64,000 nt of DNA, taken from Flavobacteriales bacterium (lineage in GTDB: Bacteria; Bacteroidota; Bacteroidia; Flavobacteriales_D; CAJJDF01). The position numbers and the translations under genes are program-made. The DNA is taken from the NCBI GenBank assembly GCA_018609055.1, contig JABAYJ010000005.1, positions 135,200-199,199 on the forward strand, given 5' to 3'. Shown here piece by piece: positions 57,410 to 64,000 of this stretch (positions are counted from its first letter, which is position 1; every line of letters starts with the position of its first letter). The notes under the pieces were generated by a model. That model did not search any database. It worked only from the letters and a program-made list of their open reading frames with translations, and was not told the DNA's origin.

Positions 57410-57487
57410 TGTCATTCCTGCGGAGGCAGGAATCTAATTAATCAGGTTGATGCTCGTCTATAGATTCCTGCCTTCGCAGGAATGACA
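57410..57487. repeat. 78-bp nested palindromic (REP/MITE-like) element
   Basis: The arms TGTCATTCCTGCGGAGGCAGGAATCTA (57410..57436) and TAGATTCCTGCCTTCGCAGGAATGACA (57461..57487) are inverted copies (26/27). Each arm is itself a hairpin (ATTCCTGC-N4-GCAGGAAT). The element is GC-richer than its surroundings and lies between the LytTR gene stop and the trmB start. Confidence 0.85.
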
Positions 57488-57511
57488 TCTAGAATAAAGT
57501 GGATGTGTGGT

Positions 57512-58285
57512 TTAAAGATTCTTTAGTAAAGTAGTAAACTCTTTCGTTTTGCTTCTTGATACTGGAACTTCTTTACCGCTAGTTAGCACAGCAGTATTCC
57601 CCATAGAAGTTAAATACTCCTTTAGGTAAGAAAGATTAATCATGTATGATTTATGGGTTCTGAAGAATTTTTTAGAATCTAAAATATCTTCATAAATCTT
57701 AAGCGTTCTTGTGTCTGTATATTTTGATTTATCCTTAAAATATAAATCAGTACAATTTCCTTTTGCTTCTAGGTACTCTATGTCTTCAATACTTACAATC
57801 TTAATTCCTCTACTGTGCGAAATAGTTAGCTTATTGCTGTTTTTATTTCTAATGCTCACAGCAGTATTCGTAAGCGATTGTTGATACTCCTTTTTACTCT
57901 CGGGATTGGATGCAATTAAAGAAAGTCTTTCTTCAATTTTTTCATTCGCATCAATCAGTTCATCAATATCAATTGGCTTAAGTAAATAGTGAACTGCATT
58001 TGCGCTAAAAGCTTTTAGTGCATACTCTTTAAATGCGGTAACGAATACCACCAAAAAGTTTTTGTCTTCTATCTCATCCAATAAAGTAAGCCCTTCAGTT
58101 CCCGAAGGCATACAGATATCAAGAAAAATAACTTGAGGTTGTAATTCGGCAATCAGTTTCTTCGCCTCATCCTTTCCTCCAGCTTTACCAACTATCTCAA
58201 TAGATGGACAAAAGCTTTCTAGCATCATAGAGAGGTTTTCTCTTGCTAACTCTTCGTCATCTATTATTAAGGATCGTATTGCCAT
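57512..58285 (-). CDS. LytTR-family two-component response regulator (REC + LytTR DNA-binding domain), no adjacent kinase
   Basis: 257 aa. Receiver domain LIIDDEELARENL...VIFLDICMP. C-terminal LytTR domain (...IEYLEAKGNCTDLYF...FFRTHKSYMINL). Confidence 0.9.
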   Translation of the reverse strand: MAIRSLIIDDEELARENLSMMLESFCPSIEIVGKAGGKDEAKKLIAELQPQVIFLDICMPSGTEGLTLLDEIEDKNFLVVFVTAFKEYALKAFSANAVHYLLKPIDIDELIDANEKIEERLSLIASNPESKKEYQQSLTNTAVSIRNKNSNKLTISHSRGIKIVSIEDIEYLEAKGNCTDLYFKDKSKYTDTRTLKIYEDILDSKKFFRTHKSYMINLSYLKEYLTSMGNTAVLTSGKEVPVSRSKTKEFTTLLKNL

Positions 58286-58396
58286 TGGTTGGTTTTATTA
58301 TAAGTCTAAATTAAGAAAATGAGCGGAAAGAAATTGATTTTGACAAGATAATTAACCACCTTTATTAAAGAAGCTAATTAATGAAAAAGCATCAAT

Positions 58397-58428
58397 TACC
58401 TTTAAATTTCTATTTGGTACCGTTAAAT
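58397..58428 (+). promoter_or_regulatory. Pair of phased direct repeats resembling a LytTR operator
   Basis: TACCTTTAAAT (58397..58407) and TACCGTTAAAT (58418..58428) are 10/11 identical with 21-bp start-to-start spacing. The core ACCGTTAAA matches 8/9 of the LytTR consensus [TA][AC][CA]GTTN[AG][TG]. Confidence 0.45.
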
Positions 58429-58522
58429 AGATGAAACCGACCCCTGAGTAAAACGCACATTTTTCGGTAATTTTTTGTTGTTACTTTATATCAGTCGAAA
58501 GAGACAAACTAAATTATCAACT

Positions 58523-58585
58523 ATGAAAAATTACACAACATACACAACAACTACTGATTGGATTTTCATAGATAAAGGCAACTAA
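58523..58585 (+). CDS. Candidate 20-codon Thr-rich micro-ORF (or the core of a small RNA)
   Basis: ATG AAA AAT TAC ACA ACA TAC ACA ACA ACT ACT GAT TGG ATT TTC ATA GAT AAA GGC AAC TAA = MKNYTTYTTTTDWIFIDKGN. Followed by plus-strand hairpins and a terminator. No further plus-strand gene lies downstream. Confidence 0.3.
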   Translation: MKNYTTYTTTTDWIFIDKGN

Positions 58586-58684
58586 CACCACCTTTTGTTC
58601 CTTTCTTATGTTTTACTATTAAGAATCGTTCAGAAAACCTGCCGTTGGGGAACGGTATCATAATTTCTTTTTTTTGTTTAGGGG

Positions 58685-58719
58685 AAGGCTACTATTAATT
58701 TAGTAGCCTTTTTCTTTTT
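58685..58719 (+). terminator. Plus-strand intrinsic terminator with no annotated plus-strand gene upstream
   Basis: AAGGCTACT (58685..58693) pairs with AGTAGCCTT (58702..58710), followed by TTTTTCTTTTT. On the minus strand the hairpin is followed by CCCCTAAAC (no U-tract), so its polarity is plus. A weaker hairpin (TGCCGTT-GGGG-AACGGTA, 58640..58657) with a T-rich tract lies just upstream. Confidence 0.7.
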
Positions 58720-58736
58720 CAAGAAAAATCTACTTT

Positions 58737-59303
58737 TTATTTCATAACCCAAGAACCACCAACACAAATTACATTGTTTAACTCTAAACATTCTTTGTAA
58801 TTCGTTTCATTTAATCCTCCAGTAGGACAAAATTTTGCCTGAGAAAAAACTGCTCCGTATGTCTTTAATGCTTTTACACCACCAGCTAGATTAAAAGGGA
58901 AAAGTTTAAATGTATCCCAACCTTTTTCTAATCCAGCTATTATTTCGCTAGGAGTCATTACTCCTGGTAAAAAAGGAATATTAGATTCATTTAAGGCTTT
59001 AGAAATTTCAGTTGTAGCTCCTGGGCTAACAATGAAATCTACTTTTAATTTGATACAAGTAGAAACTTGGTCCTTTGAAACAATAGTTCCAACACCAACT
59101 AAAAATCCAGAAGGCTTTATTTTTATTGCTTCTTCTATTGCTTGCCAAGCACAATCTGACCTTAGAGTAATTTCGATACAATTAATACCTTGGTCAACCA
59201 ATTTAGTAATTGTAGCTGCCACATCACTTACCGAAGTAAAGTTTACTACAGGTACAATAGGCTGGTTGCTAAGTAGTTTTCTTATTCCAAATTGTGCTTC
59301 CAT
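58737..59303 (-). CDS. eda: KDPG / 4-hydroxy-2-oxoglutarate aldolase, apparently short at the C-terminus
   Basis: 188 aa. EITLRS (catalytic Glu region), FKLFPFNLAGG (Schiff-base Lys), CPTGG. Ends at GGSWVMK-stop, whereas E. coli Eda continues about 28 residues beyond GGSW. Confidence 0.88.
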   Translation of the reverse strand: MEAQFGIRKLLSNQPIVPVVNFTSVSDVAATITKLVDQGINCIEITLRSDCAWQAIEEAIKIKPSGFLVGVGTIVSKDQVSTCIKLKVDFIVSPGATTEISKALNESNIPFLPGVMTPSEIIAGLEKGWDTFKLFPFNLAGGVKALKTYGAVFSQAKFCPTGGLNETNYKECLELNNVICVGGSWVMK

Positions 59304-59306
59304 GTT

Positions 59307-61100
59307 TTAAAATATTGTTGCTCCAGTTTCGCTAGAGGAAATTAATGCTCTTATATTATCAAATAATTCTCTTCCAGATCCTACCTCTTTTTTAGGATTT
59401 GGAGCTGGTTCTCTTTTAAGTACTTCTTCTTCGTTAAGGCAAATTAAATCTCCTTTTTCACAATCCAATCTTAGTAAATCACCATCTCTTAGTAATGGTA
59501 ATAAACCACCATCAAGTGCTTCTGGTGATACGTGAATTGCAGAAGGAACTTTACCTGATGCACCAGACATTCTTCCATCTGTTACAAGCGCAACCTTAAA
59601 TCCATTATGCTGTAAAATGCTTAATGTAGGTGTTAATTTATGTAGTTCTGGCATTCCCTTGGCTTTTGGCCCTTGGAAACGAACTACAGCTATAAAATCT
59701 TTGTTCAGTTTCTTTTCTTTAAATGCAGTTAGTAAATCATTTTGGTCATCAAAAACAACAGCAGGAGCTTCAATAATTCTATTTTTTAATGCTACAGCTG
59801 ATACTTTTACGACTGCTTTACCCATGTTTCCTTTCACCAATCTAATCCCTCCTTCTGGATCAAATGGCGAACTAGCTGATGATATTACATCTTTGTCTAA
59901 AGACTCCTTAGGACCTTCTCTAGTTAGTAATTTTTCGTTTTCAAGGTATGGTTCGTTTATGTATTGATTAAGACCTTTTCCAACAACAGTCATTACATCT
60001 TCGTGTAATAATCCGTTATCCAATAAAGTTCTAAATACGTATGACATTCCTCCAGCAGCATGAAAGTGATTAATATCTGCTTTTCCGTTTGGATACACTC
60101 TTGTTATTGAAGGAATAATTTTTGATAATTCAGAAAAATCTTCCCAATCTATAATAATTCCAGCAGCTTTAGCAATTGCTACAAGGTGCATAGTATGATT
60201 AGTAGAACCACCAGTAGCTAGTAGGCCTATGATTCCGTTTACAATACTTTTTTCAGAAATTATTTTGTACAAAGGAACTTTAGATTCCTCTTTGATATTT
60301 GTAACAAGTTGTTTTACTGCTTCGTCTGTCAAAGCATATCTAAGAGGAGTTTCTGGATTTACAAAAGATGAACTTGGTAGGTGAAGTCCCATAATCTCCA
60401 TTAGCATTTGATTACTATTTGCTGTTCCATAAAATGTACAAGTTCCAGCTGAATGATATGCAGCTGACTCTCCTTTTAATAATTCAGTTCTCGAAATTTT
60501 TCCATTAGCATAATCCTGACGAATTTGTGCTTTCTCTTCATTTGAAATACCAGTTTCCATTGGTCCACCAGGAACAAAAATAGTTGGTAAGTGTCCAAAT
60601 TTTAAAGCTCCTATTAATTGACCTGGTACAATCTTATCACATATTCCTAGGCAAATAGTAGCATCAAACATATTATGAGAAAGAGCAATTACTGTTGACA
60701 TGGCTATAACATCTCTACTTAGTAAAGATAAATCCATTCCGTCTTGTCCTTGAGTGACACCATCACACATGGCAGGAACACCACCTGCAAATTGAGCTAC
60801 TGCTCCATTTTTTCTGGCAGCTTCTCTTAGCTGATTAGGATAAGTTTCGTAAGGTTTATGAGCAGAAAGCATGTCGTTATATGCTGATATAATAGCTATA
60901 TTAGGAACTATTTCACCTGTTAAATCATCTTTTTCGCCATCATTACAAGCAGCAAATGCATGAGCTAAATTACCGCAAGAAAGTTCTGTTCTAGTTCTAC
61001 CTTTTAGTTCTGCCTGTTCCATTTGCTGAACATAAGCTTTCCTTGATGCTTCACTTCTTTTTGTAATTCTCTCTGTAATTTTTAATATCGTCTTGTTCAT
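59307..61100 (-). CDS. edd: Phosphogluconate dehydratase
   Basis: Collinear with E. coli Edd (GNLAHAFAAC, AMCDGVTQGQDGM, CDKIVPG, TDGRMSGASGKVPSAIHVSPEA). The track ORF starts at 61166, overlapping pgl. The ATG at 61100 (MNKTILKITERITKRSEASRKAY) matches the canonical Edd N-terminus. Confidence 0.95.
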   Translation of the reverse strand: MNKTILKITERITKRSEASRKAYVQQMEQAELKGRTRTELSCGNLAHAFAACNDGEKDDLTGEIVPNIAIISAYNDMLSAHKPYETYPNQLREAARKNGAVAQFAGGVPAMCDGVTQGQDGMDLSLLSRDVIAMSTVIALSHNMFDATICLGICDKIVPGQLIGALKFGHLPTIFVPGGPMETGISNEEKAQIRQDYANGKISRTELLKGESAAYHSAGTCTFYGTANSNQMLMEIMGLHLPSSSFVNPETPLRYALTDEAVKQLVTNIKEESKVPLYKIISEKSIVNGIIGLLATGGSTNHTMHLVAIAKAAGIIIDWEDFSELSKIIPSITRVYPNGKADINHFHAAGGMSYVFRTLLDNGLLHEDVMTVVGKGLNQYINEPYLENEKLLTREGPKESLDKDVISSASSPFDPEGGIRLVKGNMGKAVVKVSAVALKNRIIEAPAVVFDDQNDLLTAFKEKKLNKDFIAVVRFQGPKAKGMPELHKLTPTLSILQHNGFKVALVTDGRMSGASGKVPSAIHVSPEALDGGLLPLLRDGDLLRLDCEKGDLICLNEEEVLKREPAPNPKKEVGSGRELFDNIRALISSSETGATIF

Positions 61101-61110
61101 GCGTATTGTT

Positions 61111-61794
61111 TTAAGGTGCCCAATATAGGATTGGTTCAATTTCGGTATCGTTAAGTAAGGTGTCAATTGGTAAGATTTCTCTTTCTTCCTTTTTCTCGAT
61201 TATATTTAATTTAGACTTACCAGTTGCAAATAAAATTAATTTATCTGCCTTCTTTAAGTATTCCCAACTATGTGAAATTCTATTTGTTGGGTGATCTGGT
61301 GCGGTAGTATAGATTAATGATTCGGGATACTCTTTTGATAAACCTAATGTAGACTTTTTATCGTTAGGAAATAAAGAAGCGAAATGTCCATCACCTCCCA
61401 TTCCAAGTAAAACTATATCAGGGTTTCCAATTGAATTAACAGAGTTAATAGCTTCGGATATATTTTCAGATTCATCTTTTGGATTGAAAACTAAAGGAAA
61501 GAAAGTAGGTCGATTTCCTTTTATGTTTTGCACAAAAACAGTTCTTAATGCTCTAGCGTTTGAGTACTCGTCTTCAAGGTCAACCATTCTGTCGTCCACT
61601 AAACCAACTTTAACGTTTTCCCAGTTAAAATCTTCTTCAGCAAGTTTTTTTAAAAGTCCTATCGGAGTAGATCCTCCTGAGAAAAGAATGCTTGCACTAT
61701 TTTTTTTTTTCAGTACTTTTTTAAGATAATCTAAAACTATAGTTTTTAGTTTATCTTCCAGTTGTTCTTTATTTTCGAAGAAATTATTTATCAT
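61111..61794 (-). CDS. pgl: 6-phosphogluconolactonase
   Basis: 227 aa. FSGGSTP and LLGMGGDGHFASLFP motifs. The ATGA overlap links it to the zwf stop. Confidence 0.92.
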   Translation of the reverse strand: MINNFFENKEQLEDKLKTIVLDYLKKVLKKKNSASILFSGGSTPIGLLKKLAEEDFNWENVKVGLVDDRMVDLEDEYSNARALRTVFVQNIKGNRPTFFPLVFNPKDESENISEAINSVNSIGNPDIVLLGMGGDGHFASLFPNDKKSTLGLSKEYPESLIYTTAPDHPTNRISHSWEYLKKADKLILFATGKSKLNIIEKKEEREILPIDTLLNDTEIEPILYWAP

Positions 61795-63254
61795 GATTCT
61801 TCATCTTTTTTAGATTGATACCATTTGTGCTTAGGAAGTAATACTTCATCTCCAGGTCCCCAAGTTCCAGCTTTGTATAATTCTAAATCTTGCTCAGTCT
61901 CTTCCCAGCTTTTTGTAATGGAGTTTATCCATTTCCAAGAGTCTCTCACTTCATCTTCTCTCATAAACAGAGTTTGATTCCCTCTAATGATATCCATTAA
62001 TAATCTTTCGTATGCGTCAGGGAATCTTTTGTCAAATGAACTAGAGTAATCTAATTCAAGAGAGGAAGGTTTGTATCTATAACCTCCAGGTCCCGGAATC
62101 TTCATCATTTGAACTAATTCAATCTTTTCTTCAGGTTGTAGTCTAATAATCAGTTTGTTTCGATCTATTTTATTCCCTGAAGGAAAAACATTATGTGGTA
62201 CTCTTTTAAAGTTTATTACAATTTCAGAGAATCTTCTTTTCATTCTTTTACCAGTTCTAAGGTAAAAAGGAACTCCTGCCCATCTCCAATTGTCTACATA
62301 GGTTCTTAGTGCAACAAACGTCTCTGTAGTTGAATCAAATGTGTCTATATCTTCTTGGTATGATTGAACATGTTCGTCCTCAATTTCTCCTCTAGTATAT
62401 TGGCCTTTTACAGTTGATTTACCAACTGTATCTTTATCCATTGGTCTTAATGCTTTTAAAACTTTTAGCTTTTCATCTCTTACATTATCTGCATTAAGTT
62501 TTGATGGTGGTTCCATTGCAACTAAACACAGTAACTGTAACAAATGGTTTTGAACCATGTCTTTTAGTGCTCCAAACTTATCATAATAGCCTTTTCTATT
62601 CCCTACGCCTAATGATTCTGATGCTGTTATTTGAACATTATCTATGTTTTGAGCATTCCATGCTAATTCAAAAATTTGATTGGCAAATCTCAATACCATT
62701 AAGTTTTGAACTGTTTCTTTACCTAAGTAATGATCAATTCTATAAATCTGCTTTTCTTTAAAGTATGTTCTAACTTCTTCATTCAATTGTTCGAAGCTTT
62801 CTAGATCTGACCCTAAAGGTTTTTCTAAAACTACTTTAGACATCTTGTTTATCATTCCGTTTTCCGAAAGAAATTTAGAAATGATTCCAAATAGGGTAGA
62901 GGGAGTTGAGTAATAGAAAACATCTTGTTCCATCTTATTCTTACTCAATACTTGTTTAAGACTATCGTATCCTTCTACATCTGTCAAATCAATTGAAAGA
63001 TAGTATAACATCTTTTTTATTTGATTAAGAACAGATTCATCAATATCAGAAATATGAATTGATAAGTGTTTTTTTAATTCCTCGAAGAATGAATTAACAT
63101 CACTAGTGTTTTTAGAAACAACAATGATATTAGTTTCTTTTGAAAGTTGATTCTCCTTTACTCTGTGGTAAATTGCGGGAAATATTTTTCTGTAAGATAG
63201 GTCACCATCTCCTCCAAATATTACTAGATTGGTTTTGTAAAGTGTTTTATTCAT
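61791..63254 (-). CDS. zwf: Glucose-6-phosphate 1-dehydrogenase
   Basis: 487 aa. FGGDGDLSYRK NADP motif and RIDHYLGKE active-site motif. Confidence 0.96.
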   Translation of the reverse strand: MNKTLYKTNLVIFGGDGDLSYRKIFPAIYHRVKENQLSKETNIIVVSKNTSDVNSFFEELKKHLSIHISDIDESVLNQIKKMLYYLSIDLTDVEGYDSLKQVLSKNKMEQDVFYYSTPSTLFGIISKFLSENGMINKMSKVVLEKPLGSDLESFEQLNEEVRTYFKEKQIYRIDHYLGKETVQNLMVLRFANQIFELAWNAQNIDNVQITASESLGVGNRKGYYDKFGALKDMVQNHLLQLLCLVAMEPPSKLNADNVRDEKLKVLKALRPMDKDTVGKSTVKGQYTRGEIEDEHVQSYQEDIDTFDSTTETFVALRTYVDNWRWAGVPFYLRTGKRMKRRFSEIVINFKRVPHNVFPSGNKIDRNKLIIRLQPEEKIELVQMMKIPGPGGYRYKPSSLELDYSSSFDKRFPDAYERLLMDIIRGNQTLFMREDEVRDSWKWINSITKSWEETEQDLELYKAGTWGPGDEVLLPKHKWYQSKKDEES

Positions 63255-63344
63255 AATTAGTATAACAAATATAAGAATACTTATTGTAAAGTCAACAGTA
63301 AGTAGTCAATAGTATAAATGTACAAACTAATTAGTGTAAATTTC

Positions 63345-64000
63345 TTAAGCCGTAACTTTATCTCTAGAGTGATAAATAGTTAATTGATCAATAGGACATC
63401 TAGTAATTTTATGAATTTTCATGCCGTGATGTTCTGCTACTTCAGTTAAAACATCTTTGTAAAAAAAAGCAATAGAACCAACAAATCCCAATGAGTATTT
63501 TTGGTAATTTTCATAAGGAACTACTCGCACCTTGAAAAAATTATTAAATCCATCATATACTATTTTTCTTAATTCAGGATAGTGAGGTCTCGAGTGATAA
63601 AATGTAGCGAAACTTGCTAAAAACACATTAGGACTTTTTTCTCTGTACGTATTATTTAGTATTTGATCTTTGGTAAGTTTAAATTCTTCTTCAAAAGATT
63701 TTGTCAATTCTTTACCCAATCCGCCACTTAAGTATAATTTAATTAATTGTATACCTAAATACGAACCACTTCCTTCATCTCCAAAGATATATCCATGGGA
63801 TGCAATGTTTTCAACTTCTTTTCCATCCTCCCAAATACATGAGTTTGCACCTGTACCAAGTATACAAGCTATTCCATCAGAATTTGCAAGTGTTGATCTA
63901 GCTGCTGCTATTAAGTCATGATTTATATTTATCTGGGCTTTCAAAAAATGCGGTTGTAAAGCAATTTTAACTACCATATTTTTTTCTTCAGAAGAACATC
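63345..64000 (-). CDS. BadF/BadG/BcrA/BcrD-type ATPase (N-acetylglucosamine-kinase-like sugar kinase), partial (N-terminus beyond the right edge)
   Basis: The frame stays open upstream of the track ATG (63977) to the window edge (...CSSEEKNMVVKIAL...). ILGTGANS and GYIFGDEGSGSYLG motifs of ROK/BadF-type kinases. Confidence 0.75.
   Translation of the reverse strand, partial: CSSEEKNMVVKIALQPHFLKAQININHDLIAAARSTLANSDGIACILGTGANSCIWEDGKEVENIASHGYIFGDEGSGSYLGIQLIKLYLSGGLGKELTKSFEEEFKLTKDQILNNTYREKSPNVFLASFATFYHSRPHYPELRKIVYDGFNNFFKVRVVPYENYQKYSLGFVGSIAFFYKDVLTEVAEHHGMKIHKITRCPIDQLTIYHSRDKVTA

Noticed and set aside
61101-61166. 22-codon extension of Edd overlapping pgl by 56 nt
   Set aside because: The E. 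coli Edd N-terminus aligns with the ATG at 61100. The extension has no counterpart and would create a long overlap.
1-64000. Looked for CRISPR arrays, rRNA/tRNA genes, transposases, integrases, phage genes and known defence-system signatures
   Set aside because: I saw no regularly spaced repeats, cloverleaf-like segments in intergenic gaps, DDE or tyrosine-recombinase motifs, or defence-type domain combinations. tRNA absence is by eye only and should be confirmed with tRNAscan-SE.

Overview
Visibly AT-rich chromosomal segment with Bacteroidota (Flavobacteriia-type) hallmarks: a porP/sprF-gldK-gldL-gldM-gldN type IX secretion/gliding core operon, a fused lpxC-fabZ gene inside an lpxD-lpxC/fabZ-lpxA cluster, and TAnnTTTG-type -7 boxes. 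About 60 tightly packed CDS, nearly all recognisable housekeeping genes: miaB (partial), topA, rfbB, SOD, NifU-like, tadA, cdd, pdhA plus E2, murI, der, dcp, recQ, lipB, nadE, dihydroorotase, folB and trmB. A kinase-zwf-pgl-edd-eda Entner-Doudoroff cluster sits at the right edge. I saw no rRNA, tRNA, CRISPR array, transposase or integrase. Six places deserve a second look. (1) An orphan LytTR response regulator sits beside a 450-bp non-coding region. That region holds two 11-mers in 21-bp phase that resemble LytTR operators, a 20-codon Thr-rich micro-ORF and a plus-strand intrinsic terminator. This is my best candidate for an undescribed small regulatory or peptide module. (2) A 2.3-kb locally decayed island (40.6-42.9 kb) has three of four genes broken by homopolymer indels and nonsense codons, while the rest of the window is intact. 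(3) An arginase-fold protein with substituted metal-ligand motifs lies directly in front of the T9SS operon. (4) A secreted 805-aa PIG-L/LmbE multidomain protein, an unlisted 45-codon membrane micro-ORF and a Na+/solute symporter are chained by adjacent or overlapping stop and start codons. (5) A 78-bp nested palindromic REP/MITE-like element. (6) A 25-bp perfect duplication of a gene 3' end. All functional calls come from reading the translations; no database search was run.
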